DNA of 64,000 nucleotides from contig CP060223.1 in NCBI GenBank assembly GCA_023898465.1, positions 960,001-1,024,000 of the forward strand, given 5' to 3'. This DNA is from Candidatus Nomurabacteria bacterium (lineage in GTDB: Bacteria > Patescibacteriota > Patescibacteriia > HK-STAS-PATE-3). Positions 25,195 through 35,578 of the stretch are shown here, piece by piece. The number at the start of each line of letters is the position of its first letter. Positions within the stretch are counted from its first letter, which is position 1. Under the pieces are notes generated by a model, which saw only the letters and a program-made list of their open reading frames with translations, had not been told where the DNA came from and searched no databases. The translations under genes were made by a program, and so were the position numbers.

Positions 25195-27981
25195 ATGGCA
25201 AAAAAGGAAAAAACATTTGTTATCTTTGACGGCAATGCGTTAATTCACCGTTCTTTTCACGCACTTCCGCCCTTAACAATCAAAGATGGACGCATGGTAA
25301 ATGCGGTCTATGGATTTACTGCTGTGCTTTTAAAAGTGGTGAAGGAGTTAAAGCCTGAATACTGGGCAGTAGCCTTTGATGTGTCTGGCCCGACTTTTCG
25401 TCATAAGATGTATAAGGAGTATAAGGCTACTCGGCAAAAAGCACCGCAGGAATTGTATGATCAAATTCCCATGGTGAAACAGGTGGTGGAGAGTTTTCAT
25501 ATCCCTGTTTTAGAAAAAGCCGGCTACGAAGCTGATGATGTGATTGGTACAGCCGTGCATCAAGTAAAAAATGTCAGGAGCATTATTGTGACAGGTGATG
25601 GCGATAGTCTGCAGCTAGTAAGTCCACAGACGCAGGTTTATAAAATCCAAAAGGGTATCACTGACACAAAGCTTTTTGGAGTCGCGGATGTAAAAGAAAA
25701 GTACGGACTCACGCCGGAGCAAATTATTGACTATAAAGCATTGCGCGGTGATCCGTCTGATAATATCCCAGGTGTTCGTGGTATTGGTGAAAAAACCGCA
25801 ACGCAGCTTTTGCAAGACTTCGACACTCTAGAAAAAATATACGCCGCTCTTGATGCAGGAGGGAAGAAAGCAGAGAAAATTTCAGAGCGCATCCAAAAAT
25901 TATTACACGAGCATAAGAAAGAAGCGGAGCTTTCTAAAAAACTAGCCACCATTGATATTGCCATGCCGCTGGAACTTCAACTAGAGGATTGCGCAGTGCA
26001 GCACTATGATCGCAGCGAAGTAGCAAAGCTTTTTCAGGAGTTTGAATTTAAGAGTTTATTAAACCGTTTGCCAGATATCGCGACAAGCGAAAAAAGTTCT
26101 CTAGAGCCTACTAGCACGCAGGCGAGTTTACAGTTTACCACCGAGGCAAGTCCGAAGAAGAAAGTAAAAGATAATGGCGCAACATATCAGTGCATTACCA
26201 CCGAAGCTGGTCTCAAAAAAGTGCTTGAAGAAATAGAAAAGGCGCCTGAGTTAGCGGTTGATACCGAAACCACAGGCGTAGATCCTTTCCGAGATCGCCT
26301 CATTGGTATCAGCCTTTCGTGGAAGCCCGGCCTAGCAGCCTATGTCCCGGTTGATGCTCATCCAGATCTAGTGAAGACTGCTACTTTCAATAAACTGAAA
26401 GGGCTACTGGTCGATACAAATCTTCCGAAGATCGGTCATAATATCAAGTTTGATCTCGAGGTGTTATGCCAAGCCGGTTTAAGCATTGCGCCATTGAGCT
26501 TTGATAGCATGATTGCTGCGTATCTCATTAACTCGGGCACGCGACGCTACGGGCTCGATGATCTGGTGTTCACTGAGTTGGGTTACGAGATGCAGCCAAT
26601 TGAAGAGCTGATCGGCCCGAAAGGCAAAAAGCAAAAAACCATGGATCAGGTGCCGGTAGAAGAAGTATCATGGTATGCCTGTGAAGATGCTGACTACACC
26701 TTACGTCTGGCCCAACATTTGCGAGCAAAGTTAAAGGAGCAAAATATTCTCGGTCTTTTTAGTAAAATTGATATGCCCCTAGTTGGCGTGTTAGCTGAGA
26801 TGGAGCAAAGCGGGATAAAAATTGACGCAGAGTTTTTAGAAAAAATGGGCAAGCAGGTTGGTAAAGATATTGGAAAGTTAGAAAAGAAGATTCATGAGGT
26901 GGCTGGAAGTGAGTTTAATATCCAATCTCCTCTCCAGTTGAAAAAAGTTTTGTTTGAGCAACTTGAGCTTGATACCAGAGGTATCGGCAAAACGAAAACC
27001 GGACTTTCAACTGCGGCAAGTGAATTAGAAAAATTGAAGGACCTGCATCCTATCATTCCACTCATCTTAGAATTTCGTGAATTAGCCAAGTTAAAAAATA
27101 CTTACTTGGATGCCTTACCTGAATTGGTTAATCCAAAAACCGGCCGGGTACACACCGACTTTAATCAGACCATTGCTGCCACCGGGCGTCTCTCCTCGGT
27201 AAATCCTAATTTGCAAAACATTCCTATCCGCACGGAATTAGGCAATGAGATTCGTAAGGCCTTTGTTACCGAGCGTGGCTACCGACTCATTTCCGTTGAC
27301 TACTCGCAGATCGAATTGCGAGTTATTGCATCAATTGCGAATGATCCAAAGATGATTGCTACTTTCCAGCGCGGAGAAGATATTCATACCATGACCGCCA
27401 GTGCTATTCATGATGTGCCGCCAGAAAAGGTGAGCAAAGAGCTGCGTCGTACAGCAAAAGAAGTGAACTTTGGCGTGATCTACGGCCTAGGATATGTAGG
27501 CCTGGCCCAGCGGCAAGGTATTAGCCGAGATGAAGCGCGCGCTTTTATTGAAAAGTATTTTTTCACCTATACCAAAGTGAAAGAGTGGATTGAGCAGACG
27601 AAACTCCTGGCTGCTGAGCAGGGTTATGTTGAGACGCTGTATGGACGACGACGCTACTTACCAGAAATCGTTTCCTCCAATCATATGATCCGAGCGCAGG
27701 CTGAGCGTATTGCGGTCAACATGCCGATCCAGGGCACAGCAGCGGACCTGATGAAACTAGCTATGTTAAAAGTAGCTGAAGAGCTGCCAAAGGAGTTTCC
27801 AAAGGCGCGCATGTTACTCCAAGTACATGACGAGTTGGTATTTGAAGCGCCGGCTGATGAAGCAGAAGCGGTCGCTCGCTTGGTGAAGAAGCTTATGGAA
27901 GAAGTAGCTGAGCTACGTGTGCCAGTCTTAGCCGAAGCAGAAATCGGCTTGAACTGGGGTGAGATGAAGGCATTGGAGTAA
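25195..27981 (+). CDS. polA: DNA polymerase I (5' nuclease + 3'-5' exo-like + polymerase domains)
   Basis: 928 aa. N-terminal FEN motifs, polymerase motif A (DYSQIELR), motif B (RR.AK..NFG..YG), motif C (QVHDEL). Confidence 0.95.
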   Translation: MAKKEKTFVIFDGNALIHRSFHALPPLTIKDGRMVNAVYGFTAVLLKVVKELKPEYWAVAFDVSGPTFRHKMYKEYKATRQKAPQELYDQIPMVKQVVESFHIPVLEKAGYEADDVIGTAVHQVKNVRSIIVTGDGDSLQLVSPQTQVYKIQKGITDTKLFGVADVKEKYGLTPEQIIDYKALRGDPSDNIPGVRGIGEKTATQLLQDFDTLEKIYAALDAGGKKAEKISERIQKLLHEHKKEAELSKKLATIDIAMPLELQLEDCAVQHYDRSEVAKLFQEFEFKSLLNRLPDIATSEKSSLEPTSTQASLQFTTEASPKKKVKDNGATYQCITTEAGLKKVLEEIEKAPELAVDTETTGVDPFRDRLIGISLSWKPGLAAYVPVDAHPDLVKTATFNKLKGLLVDTNLPKIGHNIKFDLEVLCQAGLSIAPLSFDSMIAAYLINSGTRRYGLDDLVFTELGYEMQPIEELIGPKGKKQKTMDQVPVEEVSWYACEDADYTLRLAQHLRAKLKEQNILGLFSKIDMPLVGVLAEMEQSGIKIDAEFLEKMGKQVGKDIGKLEKKIHEVAGSEFNIQSPLQLKKVLFEQLELDTRGIGKTKTGLSTAASELEKLKDLHPIIPLILEFRELAKLKNTYLDALPELVNPKTGRVHTDFNQTIAATGRLSSVNPNLQNIPIRTELGNEIRKAFVTERGYRLISVDYSQIELRVIASIANDPKMIATFQRGEDIHTMTASAIHDVPPEKVSKELRRTAKEVNFGVIYGLGYVGLAQRQGISRDEARAFIEKYFFTYTKVKEWIEQTKLLAAEQGYVETLYGRRRYLPEIVSSNHMIRAQAERIAVNMPIQGTAADLMKLAMLKVAEELPKEFPKARMLLQVHDELVFEAPADEAEAVARLVKKLMEEVAELRVPVLAEAEIGLNWGEMKALE

Positions 27982-27986
27982 AGGAA

Positions 27987-28012
27987 GGAGCCCGAGAAAT
28001 TTCTCAGGCTCC
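27987..28012. terminator. Bidirectional hairpin terminator after polA
   Basis: ggagcccgagaaatttctcaggctcc, a near-perfect 26-nt palindrome. Confidence 0.5.
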
Positions 28013-28022
28013 ATAGTCGAGT

Positions 28023-28280
28023 TCAGCTCGCATGAGCGAATCGGCGTGCGGCGAGGTCATAGTCAACTTCTTTGGCACAGGTCCGCACCGTCTCGGCGCT
28101 TGCCTGGACAAAAGGCGAGCGGCAACCGGGCTCAGAGCAAGCCTGCACCGTACGGCCAGGTACATCGTGCCGCATGACCGTTCCCTTGCAGCCCTGCACT
28201 ACGCAAGGTCCAACCGTTGTACCCGACATCAACTCACTCCTTTCAGGTCTCACTGTTTCTTGGATATCCGCGAAGCACAT
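28023..28280 (-). CDS. Small Cys-rich hypothetical protein (GC-rich cassette C)
   Basis: AGGAGGA Shine-Dalgarno before a minus-strand ATG (MCFADIQ...). 85 aa with 7 Cys. Lies between polA and holA on the opposite strand. Confidence 0.4.
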   Translation of the reverse strand: MCFADIQETVRPERSELMSGTTVGPCVVQGCKGTVMRHDVPGRTVQACSEPGCRSPFVQASAETVRTCAKEVDYDLAARRFAHAS

Positions 28281-28385
28281 GACTCCTCCTCTGCTGCAAG
28301 TCAAAAATGCGCCCCATGAGCTAAAGAGCGTAACATACGACGTCAGATTTACTCATTAGCCTACTTGTGTCAAGATAGCTGAGCT

Positions 28386-29363
28386 ATGATTATCTTCTTG
28401 CACGGTCCAGACACGTATCGTTCAAAGCAGCGCTTACAGGCTTTGCGGACGGCTTTTCAGGAGAAGTATGACAAAGACGGACAGAGTATTGTTCGTCTAC
28501 ACGGGGCTGAATTAAGTGTGGAACAGTTTCGTCAGGCAGTCCATACAGTCGGTCTCTTTAGCCAACGTCGCTGCATTCTTATTGAGGAGCTGCTCGGACA
28601 GGGTAAAGCAGCTGTCCAAGATGGAGTCTTGCAGGCGCTTGAGCAAGATATCGTGCCAAAAGATTTTGTGCTTATTTTTTGGGAAGCTGATTTACCAGTT
28701 GCAAAAGGAAAGGCAGCGCGCGGCGAGAGCGCTTTGCACACATATCTCCTGAAACAAAAAACTGAGACTTTTCCCTTACTCGATATTGCACATGTACATG
28801 GGTGGATTACCCAATATGTGCAAAGCGCTCAGGCAAAGATTGCTCCGGCAGCCGTGCAGCAACTTATTGATCGCATCGGATCTGATTTGTGGCGCATGCA
28901 AAGTGAGCTAGAAAAACTGATTGCCTTAGCCGGAGAAGGAGCGATTAGCGTCGAGCTTACCAAGCAAATAGCTCAACAATCAGCTGAGGTAAAAATCTTT
29001 GCCTTCAGCGATGCGCTGGCCGCGCGCAATCCCAGTCGGGCAATTATTGAGTTACAACGCTTATTACATGATGGCATGCATCCCTTAGCCTTGGTGCAGA
29101 TGATTGCTCGTCAGTTGCAAACGCTACTTCTCGTAGATGAGGCAGCTCAGGACACTCAAAACTCGGCCACGATCGCTAAGCGACTCGGCGTCCACCCTTT
29201 TGTAGCAAAAAAATCGCTCGAGCAGGTTCGTCGCTTCACTCGAGCCGAGCTTCTCACCTTACATGAGCGTTTAGTTGAGCTTGATCACAAACTCAAATCC
29301 AGCCGAGTCGATCCGACCGTGCTGGTTGAGGAATATATACTAGGTTTTTCGACTAAGCGATAG
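28386..29363 (+). CDS. holA: DNA polymerase III delta subunit
   Basis: 325 aa. MIIFLHGPDTY N-terminus. Typical length and helical C-terminus. Confidence 0.75.
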   Translation: MIIFLHGPDTYRSKQRLQALRTAFQEKYDKDGQSIVRLHGAELSVEQFRQAVHTVGLFSQRRCILIEELLGQGKAAVQDGVLQALEQDIVPKDFVLIFWEADLPVAKGKAARGESALHTYLLKQKTETFPLLDIAHVHGWITQYVQSAQAKIAPAAVQQLIDRIGSDLWRMQSELEKLIALAGEGAISVELTKQIAQQSAEVKIFAFSDALAARNPSRAIIELQRLLHDGMHPLALVQMIARQLQTLLLVDEAAQDTQNSATIAKRLGVHPFVAKKSLEQVRRFTRAELLTLHERLVELDHKLKSSRVDPTVLVEEYILGFSTKR

Positions 29364-29616
29364 TCTTGACCAACTTGCTCAAGCGGGACTTCATTCGACT
29401 GCCGGTGTTTGGTTTGATGACCTTATTTTGGACAGCCTTGTCATAGGCCTTGAGAGCCTTTTTCAAAAAGTCTTGTGCCTGATCTTTTGCTTTGTTGGTA
29501 ACTGCTCGGCGAGTGTGCTTCACAAGATAGCGCAATTCGGTTTTCACCTTATCGTTGCGATCTTTCTTACGAGCATCTTGTCGGAGTGCCTTAGCGGCTG
29601 CTTTAGAGTTTGGCAT
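29353..29616 (-). CDS. rpsT: 30S ribosomal protein S20
   Basis: MPNSKAAAKALRQDARKKDRN... basic helical protein of 87 aa. Confidence 0.85.
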   Translation of the reverse strand: MPNSKAAAKALRQDARKKDRNDKVKTELRYLVKHTRRAVTNKAKDQAQDFLKKALKAYDKAVQNKVIKPNTGSRMKSRLSKLVKTIA

Positions 29617-29658
29617 AGCAATAGGTATGAATACGCGGGCCAGTGTACCAGTCAATCC

Positions 29659-30180
29659 TTATTTTGGCAAGTCCTGGGCCGCTGGCGCCTTTCCTTTACC
29701 ATTTTGGAACTGTTTTTTGAGGATAGATGATTTAAACTCCTCAGGTCGATACGCATCAATCCGGACAATCGAGCAGCGGAGGCGACGGCGTTTTAATTCG
29801 CGTTTTAGGTTTCGGGTAAAGGCTTTTTGATCATAGCCAAGCGCAATAACATCTGGTCGATAGTCATCAAGGACGCGATAGACATGGCGTTCATTGCCCA
29901 GGACAGCCTTAGTGACCGGCTTCAAGCGCTCGACTGAAATCCGACGCGTTTCTTCATCCCGGAGCGGCCAGGCCTTTTTCACGGTCAGCACAGTGCGATC
30001 ACGACCAACTACCACGATGAGCTCTTCACCATGCTTGCGGGCCTGCTCTAGGTAGTACTTGTGTCCAGGGTGGAGTAAATCAAAAGTGCCAAATGCTAAG
30101 ACCCGTCGTTTCCGACTCTGATTTCGGGGCATTGTACGCGGCATTTGAGTTGTAGTATTTGGGGTAGGCATTGCGTGCAC
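29659..30180 (-). CDS. Cytidylyltransferase-like nucleotidyltransferase (HxGH motif; RibL/FAD-synthetase or TagD-like)
   Basis: FGTFDLLHPGH motif. 173 aa with a Ser/Thr/Pro/Arg-rich N-terminal extension. Confidence 0.55.
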   Translation of the reverse strand: MHAMPTPNTTTQMPRTMPRNQSRKRRVLAFGTFDLLHPGHKYYLEQARKHGEELIVVVGRDRTVLTVKKAWPLRDEETRRISVERLKPVTKAVLGNERHVYRVLDDYRPDVIALGYDQKAFTRNLKRELKRRRLRCSIVRIDAYRPEEFKSSILKKQFQNGKGKAPAAQDLPK

Positions 30181-30267
30181 GAGTGTAGCATAAAAAGGAA
30201 AAGTGGCAAGCTGTAGGGACTGATAAGAGTCTATCCTAAGTCCCGACTTGAATCACTTCCTATTTTG

Positions 30268-32328
30268 TTATTTCTTTCCCCACCTACCCCGACCGGGTAG
30301 ATTGGCGTGACTTCGTTTGCCGCGCCGCGCGCGTAGGCTGCTTGTCCGCTTGGTCGGTTTCATTTGCGCGCGCAGTTCACTAATCTGATCGCGCAGCCGG
30401 GCAGCTTTTTCAAATTCCAAATTCCGAGCGGCTAAGTCCATGTGCCCTTCTAGCTCTCGAATAAGTTTAGGCAGCTCCTCGGCCGGGATGTCACCCATGC
30501 TTGGTTCGGGTGTTTCTTCTTCTACGCGTTTTTGGCCCGAGAGGCGATCCTCTTTGATAGCCTTTTTGATTCCTTTTGGAGTGATGCCGTGAGTTGTGTT
30601 GTAGTCCTGCTGGATTTTTCTGCGTCGTTCAGTTTCTTTTATAGCCCGGCGCATCGAGCCAGTCATTTTATCAGCGTACATAATAACGGTGCCATTGATA
30701 TGGCGCGCGGCGCGGCCCATAGTTTGGATGAGGGAGGTTTCAGAACGAAGATAGCCTTCTTTGTCAGCATCCAGAATAGCTACCAGAGAAACTTCTGGCA
30801 GATCGAGCCCTTCCCGCAGCAGGTTAATACCCACCACCACGTCATAGGTGCCAAGCCGTAAGTCACGGAGGATTTCCAATCGCTCCATTGTGTCCACATC
30901 GGCGTGAAGGTAGTGCACCTTAATACGCAGCTCGCGTAAATACTCAGCCAGGTCCTCAGCCATTCGTTTCGTAAGCGTCGTGATGAGGACGCGTTCCTTT
31001 GCGTGAATACGCTTTTCCACCTCTTCAACCAGGTTATCGATCTGATGCTTGGTTGGTCGGATCTCTATCACCGGATCGAGTAAGCCGGTCGGGCGGATAA
31101 CCTGCTCTACCACTTGACTACTGCGCTGTATCTCTAGATCGGTTGGCGTGGCTGAGACGTAAACAGTCTGCCCGGTGCGTTGTTCGAATTCATCTACTCG
31201 CAGCGGTCGGTTATCCAGTGCAGCTGGCAGGCGGAATCCAAAGTTCACCAGGTTTTGTTTGCGTGCTCGATCGCCCTCGTACATCCCGCGGATTTGCGGT
31301 AGGGTAATATGCGACTCATCAATGAAGAGGAGGAAGTCTTTTGGGAAGAAGTCGAGCAAGGTGTAGGGTGGCATGCCAGGTTTGCGGAAGGAGAAAAAGC
31401 GAGAATAATTTTCCACTCCATTGCAATAACCAGTAGCGGCAATCATTTCCATATCAAAGCGAGTGCGCTCTTCTATACGCTGCGCTTCAATCAGCTTATC
31501 GTGCTGTTTAAACCACTGCACGCGCTCGACCATTTCAGCTTCAATAGCCTGGAGAATCTCTTTTATTTTGTCTTTAGGAGTGACAAAGAGGCGAGCCGGA
31601 TAAATAGTGGTGGACTGCATAGTTTCGAGCGCATCACCGCTCAGAGGGTCGAGCTCAACAATGCGGTCAATCTCATTTCCAAAGAAGCTCACTCGCAAAC
31701 CGGTTTCTGCGTAGGCTGGATACACATCCACTGTATCGCCACGCACCCGGAAAGTACCGCGCCGGAAATCCTGCTCATTTCGCTGGTACAGGTTTTCTAC
31801 CAGCTGCTTCTGAAAATCATAGGGCGCTAATTGTTTTCCAAGCTTTAGGTCAATCGCAACACCTTGATATTCCTCTGGTGAACCAATACCGTAGATGCAA
31901 GAAACAGAGGCGACGATGATAACATCTTTGCGAGTGAGTAAGTCACGCGTGGCTGCATTGCGCAATCGTTCAATCTCCTCGTTAATTTGTGTTTCCTTTT
32001 CTATATAGGTATCAGAGCGCGGGATGTAGGCCTCTGGTTGGTAGTAGTCATAGTAGGACACAAAGTAGTCAACGGCGTTCTCCGGGAAAAATTCTTTAAA
32101 CTCAGAAGCCAGCTGAGCGGCCAATGTTTTGTTATGCGAAATGATTAAGGTTGGTTTACCAATATTGGCAATGACATTTGCCATGGTAAAAGTTTTACCT
32201 GAGCCCGTGACGCCCAGGAGGGTTTGATAATGATTACCCTTTTGCAGACCCTTGGTTAAGCCCTCGATTGCCTTGGGTTGGTCGCCGGTTGCTTGGAATG
32301 GAGAGACGAGCGTAAATGGAGAAGACAT
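30268..32328 (-). CDS. uvrB: Excinuclease ABC subunit B
   Basis: 686 aa. Walker A GVTGSGKT, helicase motifs, C-terminal UVR coiled coil (..[12 protein letters not shown]..). Confidence 0.95.
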   Translation of the reverse strand: MSSPFTLVSPFQATGDQPKAIEGLTKGLQKGNHYQTLLGVTGSGKTFTMANVIANIGKPTLIISHNKTLAAQLASEFKEFFPENAVDYFVSYYDYYQPEAYIPRSDTYIEKETQINEEIERLRNAATRDLLTRKDVIIVASVSCIYGIGSPEEYQGVAIDLKLGKQLAPYDFQKQLVENLYQRNEQDFRRGTFRVRGDTVDVYPAYAETGLRVSFFGNEIDRIVELDPLSGDALETMQSTTIYPARLFVTPKDKIKEILQAIEAEMVERVQWFKQHDKLIEAQRIEERTRFDMEMIAATGYCNGVENYSRFFSFRKPGMPPYTLLDFFPKDFLLFIDESHITLPQIRGMYEGDRARKQNLVNFGFRLPAALDNRPLRVDEFEQRTGQTVYVSATPTDLEIQRSSQVVEQVIRPTGLLDPVIEIRPTKHQIDNLVEEVEKRIHAKERVLITTLTKRMAEDLAEYLRELRIKVHYLHADVDTMERLEILRDLRLGTYDVVVGINLLREGLDLPEVSLVAILDADKEGYLRSETSLIQTMGRAARHINGTVIMYADKMTGSMRRAIKETERRRKIQQDYNTTHGITPKGIKKAIKEDRLSGQKRVEEETPEPSMGDIPAEELPKLIRELEGHMDLAARNLEFEKAARLRDQISELRAQMKPTKRTSSLRARRGKRSHANLPGRGRWGKK

Positions 32329-32413
32329 AGTTTAGGTAGTGTAGCATGTCTTGACATTCATGTATGGTCCGCTATGGTTGCTGCAGTTCTTTTGAGTTTG
32401 CCAAGGAGGGACT

Positions 32414-32776
32414 ATGGCATACCGAGCACTTCGGCAGGAAACCCGAAAAAAGAGAGTTGGCTACCCGGTCATATTGAGGAAGGTGTCTCTCACGGGTCAC
32501 CAGCAGCATTTCGGATGCTTGGCGACTTTTGTATGGATGTTAGCCTTTGTTTGGCTCTGTCTTTTCCTGGAGTGGTGCCTTGATCTAAAGGTTGATACAG
32601 TGCTGAGTTCGACACAAGTCGCTCATCTCATGTATGAGGCCGGATTGAGGTTGATCACCCTCGCGGTGCTCATCGGCGCGTATGGCTACTTCAGTGTTCA
32701 AGCAACTCGCCAAGTCCTTATCCGACGTCCCACCAGTAAGAGGCGGCCGAAGCTGACAAAGGAGGATGCTCAATGA
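32414..32776 (+). CDS. Hypothetical 2-TM membrane protein (cassette D)
   Basis: AAGGAGGG Shine-Dalgarno before the ATG. 120 aa. GC-rich. Confidence 0.45.
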   Translation: MAYRALRQETRKKRVGYPVILRKVSLTGHQQHFGCLATFVWMLAFVWLCLFLEWCLDLKVDTVLSSTQVAHLMYEAGLRLITLAVLIGAYGYFSVQATRQVLIRRPTSKRRPKLTKEDAQ

Positions 32777-32997
32777 GTTGGCAACAGCGCGTGGAGGTGA
32801 GAGGTAATGAAGAGGTCGTGCAATCACAAGATGTGTGGCTGACACACAGGCCTGGACCAGGCGAGCAGCTCATCCTCGAGCTTCAACTCGTGAGAGGTGG
32901 TCGGCAGGCATTCTCCTGCTTCGTGGATGAGGCTGCCTCGACAGAGTCACGGATGGTTTTGCGAGATTTGCAAGAGACTCGCATCTCAGTGGGCTGA
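32773..32997 (+). CDS. Hypothetical protein (cassette D)
   Basis: AAGGAGGA Shine-Dalgarno. ATGA overlap with the previous ORF. 74 aa. Confidence 0.4.
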   Translation: MSWQQRVEVRGNEEVVQSQDVWLTHRPGPGEQLILELQLVRGGRQAFSCFVDEAASTESRMVLRDLQETRISVG

Positions 32998-33133
32998 ACT
33001 TGAGGCGCAGCATGAAGAGTATTTGAGAGCAGTGTGGTACACCCCGCTGCTCTTTATCTTGACTTTCTTCCTCTTTTTTCGCACACTGTGGCTGGTTCCT
33101 TGCATTTGAATGAACAAAAGGCTGGGGGAAGAT

Positions 33134-33634
33134 ATGAGGCTAATCCAAGTAGGCGAATTGGTACTGAGCCTGCGGAGCAATTTAGGAACTTTGGTCAGTC
33201 TGAGCGATGACATTGTTCGCATGGACGACAAGGTGGACAATATGGCTCAGGACGAAAGTCAGGAGTCGACTCCGAGCCCGGAGGATGATGATGGACCAGA
33301 GGCAAGCCCGGTGATGTCCATGGAACAACTCATGGGGCAGATCGGGGAAACCTGGCAGCGGATAGGGGGAGCCGCAACTACTCTTCTCGACGAAAGAGAG
33401 AGCCCCGGCTATGGAGCCGCGTGCCACTGCATGGGCGAGATGTTGATGGGTCTTCATCAGCGCCTCGGTGGGAGGTCCCTGGATGACAGTGGCAGGGAGC
33501 TTGTTGCTGCACTGCATGAATCTTTGCAGGGAATAGGCACTGACCCTGGCAACATCTCAATGATGAGTCTCGGGCATTACAGTAGCGATTTCAGTGAGCG
33601 CTATCTTGGCTGGTGCGCGAGACAAAGGGGCTAG
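33134..33634 (+). CDS. Hypothetical acidic protein (cassette D)
   Basis: GGGGGAAG Shine-Dalgarno before the ATG at 33134. 166 aa. Followed by terminator 33659-33695. Confidence 0.45.
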   Translation: MRLIQVGELVLSLRSNLGTLVSLSDDIVRMDDKVDNMAQDESQESTPSPEDDDGPEASPVMSMEQLMGQIGETWQRIGGAATTLLDERESPGYGAACHCMGEMLMGLHQRLGGRSLDDSGRELVAALHESLQGIGTDPGNISMMSLGHYSSDFSERYLGWCARQRG

Positions 33635-33658
33635 CCAGGATTACTCGGAGGGTTACGC

Positions 33659-33695
33659 ACAGCGCTTTGTCGATTGATAGAGCGCTGTTTTCTTG
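33659..33695 (+). terminator. Rho-independent terminator after cassette D
   Basis: acagcgct-ttgtcgattgatag-agcgctgt followed by tttcttg. Confidence 0.6.
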
Positions 33696-33736
33696 CTTAG
33701 TAGCCGAAAGAGATAAACCTACGCTATACTCCAAAC

Positions 33737-34309
33737 ATGATTGCCATACTCCGCGGAAAAGTTATTCAACTTGGTGAAAAAACTGCCATTCTCGATGTGC
33801 AGGGCGTTGGTTATGAGCTTTTTCTCAGTCCAAATGTGCGCGCATCGTTGAACGTAGATCAAGATATTACTCTGCATACCTATCTGAATGTGCGGGAAGA
33901 TGCCATGGAACTCTATGGTTTTCAATCAGCGGCCGAGCGTTCATTCTTTAAGCAGCTTATTTCGATTTCCGGTGTTGGACCAAAAAGTGCGCTGGGTGTG
34001 TTGGCAGTAGCAAGCTTGGATGAGGTGAAACGAGCAGTGGCCTCTGGTGATGCCAGTATGCTGACCAAGGTGGCCGGTATAGGGCGTAAGACGGCTGAGC
34101 GTATTGTGGTTGAGTTGAAGGAAAAACTAGTCGGAGAAGTATTAGAATCCCAAGGCGCCACAGCCGGCGACAGTGGTATTTTGGAAGCGCTGCAAGGCTT
34201 AGGGTATTCACTTATGGAAGCACGTGAGGCAGTTCGCGGGATCCCGGCTACTATTGAGGGTTTTGATGAGCGATTGAAAGTGGCCTTAAAGATGATTGGA
34301 AAGTCATAA
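33737..34309 (+). CDS. ruvA: Holliday junction DNA helicase RuvA
   Basis: 190 aa. MIAILRGKV..GVGYEL N-terminus and HhH motifs (ISGVGPKSA, VAGIGRKTAERI). Confidence 0.9.
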   Translation: MIAILRGKVIQLGEKTAILDVQGVGYELFLSPNVRASLNVDQDITLHTYLNVREDAMELYGFQSAAERSFFKQLISISGVGPKSALGVLAVASLDEVKRAVASGDASMLTKVAGIGRKTAERIVVELKEKLVGEVLESQGATAGDSGILEALQGLGYSLMEAREAVRGIPATIEGFDERLKVALKMIGKS

Positions 34310-35316
34310 TGGACGTTAGGGAAATAAGTGACGCGGTAGCTTGGGATGGATTTATCGGAGCGCAAAATCAAGCGCAGTTTTTACAGTCTTGGCATTGGGG
34401 TGAATTTCAGCGAGCGCTAGGTCGACAAATAGTACGCCTGGGTGTCTTTGACGGAGCGCGGCAACTCGCAGCCGCCCAAGGTGCCATTTATCATCTGCCG
34501 ATGAATCAACGCTATCTCTATATTCCTCGTGGCCCCATTATGCTGGACTATACTGACAAAGCAGTGTGGCAGGCGCTTCATCAAGCCTTATTGGAGCGGG
34601 CGCAACAAGCTCGTGCATTGGCGATTCGGATAGAGCCACTCATGCTCCGCAGCGCTGAAGCACCATCGATTGTTGAGTTGGGGTATCAACAGACTGAGGC
34701 AATGCAGCCGGCTGATACACGACTCCTTTCCCTTCACACAAGCGAGGATGACATCCTAAATGCAATGCATCAGAAGACTCGCTACAATATTCGCTTGGCT
34801 GAGAAGAAGGGTGTGCAGGTGATAACGACACACGCGGAAAAAGACCTCGAGACCTTTTTACAGCTCCAGCACGTGACCGCGAGCCGCGATAACATTAGCC
34901 CCTTCCCAGACAGCTACTTCCGCACAATGTTTGCGACTTTACCAGAGCTCATGCGCTCCATCGTGCTGGCGCAATACAACGGCATGACCCTAGCAGCCAA
35001 TCTCATGATTCGTTATGGCGATACCATGACCTATAGTCATGGTGCTTCATCAAATGAGCATCGAAATGTGATGGCACCCTATCTTGCCCAATGGCGATCA
35101 ATTCAACACGCAGCGCAGTCAGCTTTGAAATGGTATGACTTCCGTGGTATTGCACCGAGTGACGATCCACAACATGCCTGGGCTGGTATTACACGTTTCA
35201 AAGCCGGCTTCGGTGGCGAGGCGGTGCATCTCATTGGCACCTATGATTTCCCAGTTGAAAAAGGTTGGTATCAAGCCTATATGTTTGGTAGGAAGTTAGT
35301 CGGCTTGGTCCGTTAG
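34309..35316 (+). CDS. FemAB-family peptidoglycan interpeptide-bridge aminoacyltransferase
   Basis: 335 aa. FLQSWHWGEF N-terminal motif typical of Fem/MurM proteins. One-nt overlap with the ruvA stop. Confidence 0.7.
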   Translation: MDVREISDAVAWDGFIGAQNQAQFLQSWHWGEFQRALGRQIVRLGVFDGARQLAAAQGAIYHLPMNQRYLYIPRGPIMLDYTDKAVWQALHQALLERAQQARALAIRIEPLMLRSAEAPSIVELGYQQTEAMQPADTRLLSLHTSEDDILNAMHQKTRYNIRLAEKKGVQVITTHAEKDLETFLQLQHVTASRDNISPFPDSYFRTMFATLPELMRSIVLAQYNGMTLAANLMIRYGDTMTYSHGASSNEHRNVMAPYLAQWRSIQHAAQSALKWYDFRGIAPSDDPQHAWAGITRFKAGFGGEAVHLIGTYDFPVEKGWYQAYMFGRKLVGLVR

Positions 35317-35480
35317 CTCTGCAGCAATTTACAATACGCAGGCTTCCCGCTATGCTGATTTTGCTTCCTTACTTTGCGCCCGTAGCTCTCGCCCGCTACG
35401 CCTGAGCGAAGCGATGGCGAGTGGGCAGTTGGCCCCTCGGCCATCTCGATGACAATATTAAAATCTTACGCATTATATAT

Positions 35481-35557
35481 GCGCCCGTAGCTCAGTTGGA
35501 TAGAGCGTATGGTTCCGGTCCATAAGGTCGTAGGTTCGATTCCTGCCGGGCGCACCA
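35481..35557 (+). tRNA. tRNA-Arg (anticodon CCG)
   Basis: Manual cloverleaf. Acceptor GCGCCCG/CGGGCGC, D-arm GCTCAGTTGGATAGAGC, anticodon stem TATGG/CCATA with loop TTCCGGT, T-arm GTAGGTTCGATTCCTGC, and an encoded CCA. Confidence 0.85.
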
Positions 35558-35578
35558 CGCGAAGTACGTTATTACTAA

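Noticed and set aside
35340-35480. Calling the tRNA-Arg upstream region a second tRNA or pseudogene
   Set aside because: Only the 13-nt 5' fragment is duplicated. No cloverleaf can be folded from the surrounding sequence.
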